In this document: piece after piece, positions 1 to 11,200 of the stretch | How positions within the stretch are numbered: the stretch's first letter is position 1 | How the letters are laid out: every line of letters begins with the position of its first letter | Source: Guillardia theta CCMP2712 | Lineage: Eukaryota; Protista; Cryptophyta | DNA: 64,000 bases | Assembly (NCBI RefSeq): GCF_000315625.1 | Contig: NW_005434661.1 | Coordinates: 601,548 to 665,547, forward strand | Direction: 5' to 3' | Made by a program: the position numbers and the translations under genes | Notes under the pieces: generated by a model | Database searches by the model: none | What the model was told of the DNA's origin: nothing | Seen by the model: only the letters and a program-made list of their open reading frames with translations

Positions 1-470
1 GCTTCCTTCCCGAGGTTTCTTATCTTCTTCCTCCTTTCTATCTCGAACGACTTGTCTTTCTGCTCACGTTGCGAGCATCAGAGCAGCGGAAGCTCTCCGA
101 CCCCCGACTATGACTGGTCCGTGGAGGAGGTGAGTGGAAGAAGACGAAGAGGAGACGGAGACTGACTTACTGCAGGTCTCAGTGCCGGTTTCTCAGAGAA
201 TGTGAGCCCCTCCTCCTGATCCTCATCCTCCCTTCTCGCCTCTCCTCCTCTCGTCCTCCTCTCCCCTTCTCTCGTCCTCCTCTCCTCTCTCCACTCCTCT
301 CTCCACTCCTTTTCTTCTTCTCTTCCTTCTTTCTTCTTCTTGTCCTCGTCTCTTTCTCCTCTTTAGCGGTGTGTGAAAATTTTCCTTGCAGCCAGGCTTT
401 CAACCAGGGCGAATCGATGGTGGGAGGAGGCGGATGAGGTTGAGTAGCCTGACGATGGTCGCAGACGTCG
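1..470 (+). CDS. Probable 3' exons of an unidentified gene entering from the left edge
   Basis: A canonical intron lies at ~130-175 (gag|gtgagt...ctgac...ctgcag) after a short coding-like segment (SSGSSPTPDYDWSVEE). No recognisable family. Confidence 0.25.
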
Positions 471-568
471 CCCAAGTTCATGGGCAAGAGCGTGTAAGGC
501 GAGAAGGGATAATGTGAAAAGAATGAAAAAGATAGAGACTATGCCAGTATGATGGAAAGGAGAAGAGC

Positions 569-603
<35 letters not shown>

Positions 604-722
604 GAAGGAGAAGGTAGATAACAGTTGGTGGTGGGGGAGGGAGGGAAGACAGGGGCACGCCGAGATGAGGGGAGGGGACGGGCGGGGCGGACATGGTCTA
701 GTGTTTACTTTTCCTGCTCCTG

Positions 723-1923
723 TCATGATCCTCCTTGAAGATCTCGCAGAATCTTGAGGTTGCCCGTCTTGATTGTTGGCTTCTTCCCCTGCAGCCAAGT
801 CATCGATAGATCCATCCTATCCTCCTCCCCCCTTTCCCTACTCTACCTCCCCTGCTCCTCGTCCTTCCCTGCTCTGCCTCTTCTATCCTCGTTCTGCCCT
901 CGTCATACCATTCCATCCCTCCTAACTCGGTGTTCCCTCCCTTCTCCGGCCTTCCCTCCACTCCTCTCCACTCCCTCCTATACCTTGGGAAACTGCCGAG
1001 GATAATCGTAGACAACTTTCTGTGCCCTGTCCTCTTCGTCTTTCCAAGACGCCTGTCCCTGCCATCATCTCAGCAGCAGGTCGAACTGGGAGATCGATCT
1101 TACCAGGTCGACGTTCGATCCTTCAGCCCCCACCCCCTTGATTGGGCTCAGCGAGTTCTTGTGCTCCGTCAGCTGCAGAGGGAGGGAGAGGAGAAGTTTC
1201 ACCGGCGACTTGGACTCGTCGATCGACCGCCGGTGTACCATGCTCGTGTCTCGGACATACTGCAGGAGAGAGGTGTGAGGAGGTGGGGAGGAGGAGGAGA
1301 AGGAGGAGGAGGAGAGGAGCAGCAGCAGCAGCAGGGGGAGGAGGAAGCGAAAGAGATTGTCAGACCTTGTTCTCGCTCGCCAGGTATGAAGTGACGACTC
1401 CATGTCCATGAGCACCAGGGAAGATGGGAGGAGGAAGGAATTCCTTGGGCACCTGCGCCTGTACGGGGAGTGAGGCGGCAGAGAAGAAGGGATGCACAAC
1501 AAGGGAAAAGACGGGGAGAGAGGAGGGGAGGAGGAGGGGAGGGAAGGAGAAATAGGAGGAGGAGATGGACAAGGAAAGTAGGGAGAGGCAGGGAGAGGGT
1601 CTGCTGCTCACGCTGGGTGGATGAAGCGATCTCTTGGATTCTTGAGCCGCACTCCCACCGTCGTCCTTCTCACCCTCTCGTCCGGTTTGATCCTGCGAAC
1701 GGTCAGCTCGTCCTCGACCTCCCGCATGCGCCAGCACCGAGCAGAGGGGTCAGGGACGATGAGTTTGTCCTTGGCATAGAAGTCTTGCTTCTCCCAATCG
1801 TAGCTCGCCTCCTCCTTCGACGCTTCCTGCACCTTCTCCTTCTCCTGCTTCCCTCCTTGCGCCGGTGCTTGTTTGCCTCCTTGCTTCCCGCTCTGTGCCG
1901 ATGCGCCTGGTGAGCCTGCAGCT

Positions 1924-1958
<35 letters not shown>

Positions 1959-4900
1959 TTGCGGCTGCTGCTGCTGCTGCTGCTGCTGCTTCGAACCTGA
2001 ATCCGTGGACTTCACCCGCTCAAGCTGCTTGCTGTTGTCCACTTTCTCTTTGCTCTCCTGCGCCCCCACAAGATAAGGATGAAGGCGGTGGTGATAATGA
2101 TGGCGACGATCGGATAAATAAGGAGTAGAGAAGGAGGAAGGAGCAGGAGGAGGAGCAGGAGGACACCGAATCAGTGTGAGAGGAGGTGAAGAGAATTGGA
2201 AGGGAAACAAGCAGGAGAGGAGGAGGAGGACGACAAGTAGGGAGGAGGAGGAGGAGGAGGAGGAGGGGGAGGAGAGCGCAAGAAGGCTCTGACCTGGAGG
2301 TTGGTCGGTTCCTTGCGGAAAGATTGATCTAGGGAAGCGAAGTCTGACTCTACGAGGGTCTTGTACTCGTTGCGGGTCATCCTGAGGTTGTCTCGCTCCC
2401 TTGGAGGGCCTTCACGTCCTCGTGAGACATGCAGGGAGGGAGGGGAGAACGAGGAGCAAGAGGCGGCGGAGCGAGAGGAGAGAGGAGAGAGGAGAGAGGA
2501 AAGAGGGGGAGGGAGAGGATGGACAGGAGAATGAGTTGAGAAGGTAGGGGGAGGAAAGGTCGAAGTGGCAGCGAGATTGGGAAGATAGAGGGAGGAGGGA
2601 GGAGGGAGGAGGGAGGAGGGAGGAGGGAGGAGGGAGGAGGGAGGAGGGAGGAGGGAGGAGGAGCAGCACCATACCTGACTTCACAGCAGCACCTTCCTTC
2701 AAAGTAACGCCGGAAGCCAGTACGTGAGTCTGCATGGCAGGTGGCTGCCGAAACAACCAGTGAGGAGAACGAAAATGGAAAAAGTTTGAAACATGACAAG
2801 GAGGAGGAAGAACAGAGTGAGGAAGAAAAAGATGAGGAAGAACGTCAAGGAGAGGAGGAGGAGGAGGAGGATACCTGCACAGTGTCCGAGGGGACAAAGA
2901 ACTTCTCGGGCTTGATGGAGCTGCTCTCTTGCTCGACGTGCCGGATCTTCGACTCCTCCTGCAAGCAGGGATCAGGTGAATGAGAGCTGAGGAGAATTGC
3001 CTCCTCCTCACATGAAAGACTTCTGTCGTCTGGTTCGGCGGCAGAGCGCTCTTGACAAGAATGTTGGGTCCAGGGATCTGAAGGGAGAGATGAGGGGCAG
3101 GGGAAGAAGGCCAGATGGAGGGAGAGAGGGAGGAGAACAAAAGTACAAAGAGGAGGAGGAGGAGGAGGAGGAAGAGGAGGAGGAGGAGGAGGAGGAGGAG
3201 GAGGACGAGCAGCAGCAGCAGCAAAGGAGTGGGAAGAGGAGGTGGTGGTGTTTGAGGAGAAAGGAGGAGGAGGAGGAGAAGGAGGAGGAGGAGGAGGAAG
3301 GAAGAGTAGGAGGAGAAGACAAGAGGACGAAGAGGGGACGGCGGATCGTCGGAGGGAGCAAAGGTTCTCACCTTTTCTCCCGAGATCTCATTCACAACGA
3401 GCAGCTCTCCCTTCCCGTCCATGGTGAAATTCTGGGAAAACCCGTCAAGCTAATTGCGTTTCGGCGATCGTTATTACCTGCCCTCTGCTCTGGAGACTCT
3501 TCACCATCTTCTCAACTTTCTCCACCTGAACAAGTTTTCATCAACATCCACATTATCATCTCCCTCGCTCCCTCGCTCCCTCGCTCCCTCGCTCCATCTA
3601 CTCCTCCATCTATCATCCTTCTCCTTCCCCTGTACTCCTTTCTTGCCTGTTGAGCATATTCCTTTGCCTTCCTCTGTCTTGACACCTGAGAAACAAACAA
3701 GTCAACGACGTGCTGATCCATCACGAAACACAGGAAACAAGGAAGGGAACGAATGGAAGGGAAGGTGGAGGAGGAAAGATGGAAGGAAGGAGTGCTCGCC
3801 TGCTCCTCGTGCTTTGCCTTGAGCTGTTGACGTATTGCCTCCTCCTCCGGATTTTCCTCCCTTGTGACCTGCACAGCAACGACGTCAACTCAGCACTCCA
3901 CAACCACCACAACCACGTCCTCCTCCTCCTCCTCCTCTTCCACCCCCCTCCTCCATCCCTGACCTTCTTTGTCTCGTCCATCCTCGTCCGCTGCGTCAGC
4001 GTCTTTCCTTGAGCAGGAGGTTTCTTCTGCGCTGGCTCCCTCGTGCTCCGCACAGACCTCCTCGAGTTTCGAGAGCTAGCGCTTGCTGGCCTTGACTTCG
4101 CTCCGTCTCCCTGCTCCCAGTGTCAACGATTCCCCTCATCCTCCTCCTCCTCCTCCTCCTCCTCCTCTGCCTCTCTTGCAACGCATGCTTATGAGTGTCT
4201 TCCCTCCAACACGCTCCGTTCTCTCCACTTTCCTCACTCCTTCCTTCCCCTTCAAACACCTCATCCAGATCCTCCCCACCGCTCGCCGCCCTCCGCTCTC
4301 CTTCCTCTCCTCACCACGAACTGCTCAAAGCTCAGCGGCTTCAGCTTCCTCTTCAGCGGCACCGACCCTCTGCTCCAGCTGTCGATCTCCGCCGGGACGG
4401 GCTCGGGCCCGGCGTCCCAAGTAGGATCGCTCTCCAACTCCCCGGGGTCATGCTCCACGAAGAACACGTTCAGCAGCATGTCCATGGTCTTGATCGCATG
4501 CTGGGCGGCGTACTGATAGGTCAGCCGCTCTACCCTTGATCGCTCCAAGAACATGTCGAACAGCTCTCCCAAGCAAACGTCTATCACATGCCCTGCCACA
4601 CTCTTTCTGAAGTCGTCGCCAACCAGCTTCTCCTCGCTCGTCTCAGCAGGAGCTTCTCCCTCCGCTGCTTCAGGGACTCTCTCTTCCTCCTCCATCCTCT
4701 CCGTCAACCTCTCCCTCACTTTCTCCGGGTCCACCAACAACGGCCGGGCACTCGCCTGCGCGAGCAGAGGAGCAGGGGGTTTGACGTAGCTGGCCACCTC
4801 CTCTACCAGGTCCTCAAGGTCCATCTTGTCGCCATGAAAGTCTCTCCTGATCATCTCAAAAATCTCCAGGACCGAGTCCATGTTCTCCTGGAACGCCTCC

Positions 4901-5457
4901 AGCCTCCTCTCCACGGCCTCACTGTTGTCGTCCAGCCTGCGAATCAAACGGGCCTTGACCTCAGGGTCGTCCGGGGGAGGCCTGAAGTGGCTGTGGTAGA
5001 TGTCACCCGTGACAGGATCTACCATCCTCCCCAGGCAGCGCTCGAGCAAGATGTTGTCAGGCACTTCTATGTAGATGAACTTCTCAGGTATGATCCCTAG
5101 CTCGACCATGGCTTCGGCCTGCTCCGTGGTACGCGGGAAGTTGTCCAAGAGCCATCCATGCTGCTGCACCTCAGGTTGCGACACCTTGTCCCGGACGATA
5201 CTAAGAGCGAGCTCGTCTGAGACCAGCCTTCCTTCCTTGAGATGCTCCTCAATCTGCTTTCCGATCTCACTCCCCTTGGCGATCTCCTCTCGCAACACGT
5301 CTCCCACTGAGATGTGCACGACCCCGAACTGCTGGACAAGAGCTCGGCATATGGTTCCCTTCCCACATCCTGGCCCGCCCATGATGATCAGGCGAGGAGG
5401 AGGAGGCTTCTCCTCTATGACGAGCGCCCCTCCCCGCTCCCTCCGCTTCATCCCCAT
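723..5457 (-). CDS. Adenylate kinase fused to a C2orf81/DUF4639-like region and a long low-complexity tail (multi-exon)
   Basis: Exon 1 (5457-4315) has the P-loop GGPGCGKGT, HISVGDVLR, GWLLDNFPRT and LID GRMVDPVTGDIYH, then DPTWDAGPEPVPAEIDSWSRGSVP. Further GT/GC-AG bounded exons follow (e.g. 3963-4076, 1608-2060 with polyQ, ~984-1051). The last exon reads GKKPTIKTGNLKILRDLQGGS*, with the stop at 723-725. Confidence 0.8.
1926..1990 (-). repeat. (CAG)n trinucleotide repeat encoding polyQ in the ADK-fusion gene
   Basis: A tgc/ctg tandem run inside ORF 1608..2210. Confidence 0.85.
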
Positions 5458-5484
5458 CGTCAACTGCCTTGGGCGTTGAAGAAA

Positions 5485-5690
5485 ATGTTGGGGGGTAGGG
5501 TTCCGAATTGGGTGTTGAAGTGGGGGTACCAGAGGAAATTGTGAATAAGTATGGGGTCTGTTTCTACAAAATTGAAGATTCAAAGGAGGGTACTATGGAA
5601 AAAATTAAGCATGATGAGGGTGGGGTTATATATGGAAGGGTAGTGGAGTGCAGGCGAAAACGAAATTTTCCCTGTCGGAGAGCTTCGGTG
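5485..5690. promoter_or_regulatory. GGGGTA/GGGTAG-rich, AT-richer island in a divergent promoter (ADK / TPR)
   Basis: Repeated ggggggtaggg, gggggtacc, gggtact, ggggttat and agggtag between two head-to-head start codons. Confidence 0.45.
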
Positions 5691-5823
5691 ACAACAATCC
5701 AACGAAGGAGGAGGAGGAGGAGGAGGATAGGAAGGGAGAGGGGAAGAGTAGAAGGATAACATAGAGATCTGAGCAAGGAGCAGAGACCAGGTGCCTGGGA
5801 AAGGCAGGGACAGTGCAGGAGCC

Positions 5824-7760
5824 ATGATCTCCAGAGTTATTGCAGAGCCCCTCCTCCTCCACCATCTCCTCCTCCTCCTCCTCCTCTGCTACATGCCAGT
5901 GCGAGTCTCCTGGTCGAACTCGGCCCAGCCTGCATCACTCGGGGCTCCCTTCCTTGGAGCAGGAGCGCCCCAGTGCATGCGGCTGCGGGGGGGGGAGGAC
6001 GGGGAGGACTCGTCCGACATCATCCAATTCTACGAGCAGATCCTGGAGGGCAACCCCACCTCCGCCACTGCCCATGTCAGCCTCGGGCGAGTGTACGAGC
6101 GCAAGAACAACTTCGATGCGGCTGAGAGCCAGTACGCCATAGCAAAGGCCCTGAACCCGTTGGACCCACTTTGCTACTCCTACCTCGGTCAGGTCCTGCT
6201 GAACCAGCGGCAGCGCCCTGAGGCAGCCATGGAGGAGTTCAAGCAGGCGCTGGCGCTGAGCCCGGATGCAGCAGAGCTGCATCATGTGATGGCTCGGATC
6301 AACCATGGCTTCGGTGAGCAGGAGGAGGAGGGGAGGAGGTGTGGGGGAGGCGGCGAGAGGAGAGGAGGGGGGGGAGAGTATATGCTGTCCTGACCGGGGT
6401 ACTGCAGGGAAGTACGAGGAAGCAAAGGATGGATACAAGAAAACTCTGGAGCTGCAGCCTAACGATGGACAGGTCGGTAAACTTGCAGGGGAGAGCGAGT
6501 GCGGGATGACTTCATCCTCTCTTGCTCTCCTTCTCCTCCCTATTCTGTTCTTTGAGGGCTGAATGTGAGAATAGACTGTGTCTGAATGTGAGAATAGACT
6601 ATGTCGGATCTCGGTAGCTTGCTGGAGGCCGAGGATGGCGATCAAGACACTGTGTTTGGGTTGTACAAACAGGCGACCAAGTTTCATCCAGACAGCGCAC
6701 TGGGTGAGGAAGGGAAGGGAGGGGAGGGGAGGGGAGGGGAGGGGATGGGAGGGGATGGGAGGAGATGGGAGGGGAGGAGAGGAGGTGGGAGGGGATATGA
6801 AAGTTGTCTTTGTTCTCGTTTCTGATGGGATGTGAAAGTGTGGTCGAACTATGGCAGAGCTCTGCTGAATAAGAAGAAGTACCGTGATGCCATCACGTCG
6901 TTGAGAAACGCGCTTGTGCGTACCCGATCACGATGGTTTCCCTTGCCAACTGACGCTGTGTAGCGCATTGAACCTGACTCTCACCACGCCCTCTGCAACC
7001 TGGGAGCAGCGTTGGCCTCCTTCGCGCCGGACTGCACCGAGAGTGAGTTCATGGAAGATGAGGAGCCGAGGAGACGAGGGAGGGAGGGGATGGTTGAGGC
7101 AGAAGGGGGAAGGACAGAGGAGGAGGAGATCAATGAGAAGGAGAGGAAGGAGGAGGGAAAGGAGGAGGGAAAGTGTGGTAGCGATAAGGAGGAGAAGGAG
7201 AACAAGGAGGAGGAGGTGATGGTTTGTGACGGTAGCGGTGAAGGAGGAGGATGTGGAGATGACAGTGGGAGCAGTCGAAGACATTTACGCTAGGGCACTT
7301 GATCTCTGCCCATTCGACCCGTCGACCCTCGTCAACTACGGGAAGGTCTGCATGGAGAAAGGAAGAGTGAAGATGGCCGAGGAGCTGTTTGAAGAAGCAC
7401 TGAAGCTCGAACCTGACATGGTACCTGTCTAATGCTTTCGAACCATGTCAATAGTGTGCTGAGACGACGATGTTGCCGTATACGATGATATGAAGTTTCA
7501 TGTCGATGTTGATGATATTGATGATGTGTTGCAATGTGCTTGTTGCCATCTGTTTGTTCAGGTGAAGACATTGTGAAGTGAACATGTCGATCTTGTCTAT
7601 GTTTTTCACTGCTTCAAACTAGACCTTTCCTCGGAGGCTATCTCAGACTTTCCGCTTCCTCTGCTCCCTGCCAGCCACTGACCTCTGCATCAGGTTGAGG
7701 CCATCAGTGGGCTCGGAAGCATCATCGAGCATCGAATGACAGTGAGACGACGAGGACGGG

Positions 7761-7802
<42 letters not shown>

Positions 7803-8115
7803 GGCTAGGGAGATGACGGGGCGGACGAGGACGAGCACGAGGACGAGGACGAGGACAGGGAGGGGGAGGCGAGTTGTCGCTGAGGGTGAGAGCAGGATGA
7901 GCTGGACACGAAGAGGAAGGAGCAGTTCCTGAACATCGCGGAGGCCCATCACGAGAAAGCACTCTCTCTGCTCCCCGACAACCCGGATGTCATCACCAAC
8001 TATGCTGTGAGGTCTGAAGGAGGAGGGGAGGAGGAGCTGACTGCCTCGCAGTCCTTCCTGCAGGCGAATCGGGGGAACCGGCAGAATGAAGCTGAGGAGC
8101 TGTACCAGCGAGGTT
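5824..8115 (+). CDS. TPR-repeat protein with signal peptide and MRLRGG motif (multi-exon; 3' end approximate)
   Basis: Hydrophobic leader [14 protein letters not shown], then MRLRGG at 5977-5994. TPR helices include AHVSLGRVYERKNNFDAAESQYAIAKALNP, AMEEFKQALALSPD, YARALDLCPFDPSTLVNYG and AEELFEEALKLEPD. Introns are GT-AG. Confidence 0.8.
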
Positions 8116-8227
8116 GCCTCTCTGAGATGATGATGATGAGGAGGAGGAGGAGGAGGAGGAGGAGGAGGAGATGGTGGACATCGTGGTGGTTGAGGACGAT
8201 GGCAATGTTGATGATCAATGATATTTC

Positions 8228-11200
8228 TCACATCCTGATGTACTCCTCGTCGTCTCTCTTCAAGTGTTCTGCTCTCTTCTGCTCTTTTAGTTTCTTGTGC
8301 TTCTCTTTCAACCCTCCCTCCCTCCCCTCTCCTCCCTTCCCTTCCCTCTCNNNNNNNNNNNNNNNNNNNNNNNNNNNNNNNNNNNNNNNNNNNNNNNNNN
8401 NNNNNNNNNNNNNNNNNNNNNNNNNNNNNNNNNNNNNNNNNNNNNNNNNNGTCTCATCATCATCAATCATCATCATCATCTCCCTCATCTCCATCATCAT
8501 CCATCATCATCATCATCATCATCATCATCGTCATCATCATCATCATCACTACTTCTCATCATCATCATAATTATCATGTCTATCATCATCATCATCATCA
8601 TCATCGTCATCATCATCGTCATCTCCATCATCTCCATCATCATCATCATCTCCATCATCATCATCATCTTGTTCATCCTCGTCCTCGTCGTCATTGTCAC
8701 CTGACGTTTCTGACCCACTCGGTGAACTCGGTCCATGGCCTGACAGGAGGAGGAGGTGGAGGTCAGCACCGCGAGAGGGAGCGATCGTTGCTCAAGCAAG
8801 TCCCACCTGCTCCTCTGCGGCTCCGTTCCACCACAAGTCAGTGAGGAGGACGTTGTTGGCAACGACCTGAGGAGATGAGGGTCATCGCAGACAAGAAGGG
8901 AGGAAGAGGAGGAAGGTTGGAGATAGAAGAGCAGGGAGGCAGGATGGAGAGGAGGATGGAGGGAGGCGGGAGAGGAGGAGGAGAAGGAGGAGGAGGGAGA
9001 GGAGGAGGAGGAGGAGGAGGAGAAGAAGAAGGAGGTGCAAGGGAGCCGGGAGTGGAGGGATGCAGAAGAGGGATGGACGGAGGGGGAGGGGAGGAAGATC
9101 AGCAGGGAAGAAGCAGGAGCAGAAGAGCGAGAGCAAATCGTCTCCCGCTTGTCCCTTGGCAAATTTTCAGCAAGAAAATCTCACCAGGTTGAGGCCCATT
9201 CCTCCGCTCTTGAGGGTTACGAGAAGGATGATGACCTTGAAGGAATGGAAAGAGATCAGCTGCAGGTGCGAGGAGAAACTTGTTCTGCGAGTGTCAAGGG
9301 GACAACTGGGGAGGAGGAGAGTCGATGGGGGAGATAGGAGGAGATTGATTCCGGTATGGAGAGGAGGACATCTGTATAGGTTTGTTGTGACATGGAGAAG
9401 GAGAAGGCGATATTGGTCGAGGAGGTGGTGAGGAGGTGGAGACAGAGAAAAGGACAGAGGAGAAGACAGAGGATTCAGGGTTGATGAGGAGGATAGTAGA
9501 GGAAAAGAGAGACAAGAGGTACGAGGAGGAAGAGGACGAGGAGGAAGAGGACGAGGAGGACGAGGAGGACGAGGAGAGGGAGGAGGAGAAGGAGCAGGAG
9601 AAGGAGCAGGAGGAGGAGCAGGAGGAGGTGCAGTGGCAGGGTAAAGACACTTCATCGGACGCACCTGCGGGTTCTGGTGGAAGATCTGAAGGGAGCTAGT
9701 ACGTTCATCGCGGGACATGGTGCCATCTAGACGAGTGAAGCTGATCTGAGAGAGGGGAGGACGTGAGGGAGAGAATATCATAGGAAATTATGCGGAGAAG
9801 TCGGAAGTGGAGGGGGGAGGGGGGGAAGATAGGGATAGAGATAAAGACAGAGATAGAGACAGAGCAGGAGGATAAGGAGACAGAGAGGGGAGTGGGGGAG
9901 GTAGCGAGGGGGTTTGAGCAGGGACAGTAGTACAGGGTTGGAGGCTAAAGAGGGACAGGGAGGAAAAGAGAACCTGGTGAAGGTCAAGGACAGCTTCTAG
10001 AACATCCAGGAAGCGATTGAACTGTGAGAAGATTATCTGAAAGAGCAATCAGATCGGAGAGAGGATGTTGTATTTGTTGAGAACTGACGATTTTCTCTCC
10101 CTCTCTCTCAGTCCGGATATATTCGATCTCCTTCAAGATTGCCCGCAGCTGTGCCAGAGGTCAGAACAGCAACAAGACGGCTGGGGAATGAGAGGGCGAG
10201 AGCGGTGGGGGAGGAGGAGGGAAAGGTTGATCTAAGGGGGTGAGGAGGAGAAGAAGAGGAAGGAGGAAGGAGAAGAAGATGAAAACATGGAAAGTCGAAG
10301 ATGAAGAAAATGAAAACGCAAGTAGGAGGAAACGAAAAGAAGGGATAGGGGACAGGGGAGGGAAAGGAGAGAGAGCTAGGGGAGGGGGGAAGGGGAGAGG
10401 GTCAGGAGACGACAGTAGATAGGGAGGAGGAGAGGGAGAGGGAGCATCTCCAAAGGCCTCCTTTTCTTGCCTTGCTGCTCAGAAATATCGTCTCGCTCAT
10501 AGAGCATTCGTCTGTGAGTTTGCTCTTCTTGCTCGAGCTGGCCGTGTTTGCCTTCTCCCTCGACCACTCGGACGCTCTCTCGAACACTTGAAGCTTCTTG
10601 AGCATCTGCGAGGCATGCCAGACGTCCACTCGCTGGCTCGGAGAGTCTTGCTCCTCCAGCGATCGGGTCACGACGTCCACAAGCTCGACCCTCCGCTCTG
10701 CCCCGCCCCCCGCCCCGTCAGCTCCTCGCAGTCAGTGGGAGGATCTCCTGATTCTCACCGTAAGGGAGGAAAGTGAGGATGCTCTTGACGATGTTAATGA
10801 CATCCTGTAAGAAACACTTCAAACGACAAAAGATACAAGACACAACACGTACATACATGCAACATACATACAACATACACACATGTGACATACATAAGAC
10901 ATACATATATGCTAAATACAACATACATACATACACCACAAATGACAACATCAAACGATTTTTGACAGCTGACTCAAATAAAGTCTCTACCGTCTTCTTG
11001 ATGCTACCGCCCTGTGTCGCGGCAAAGCAATCGCAGCACTCTCGGAACTGCACCAAGATGAAGATCGAATCAAAGGAGGAAAACGGTCGAGGGGGGTGGG
11101 GGGGCTAGAGGAAACAAGAGATGCAAGAGAAAAGAATGGAAATGAGAGAGAAGAAGAAAACACAAGAGAGGAGGTAAAACATGAGAGGAGGTAAAACATG

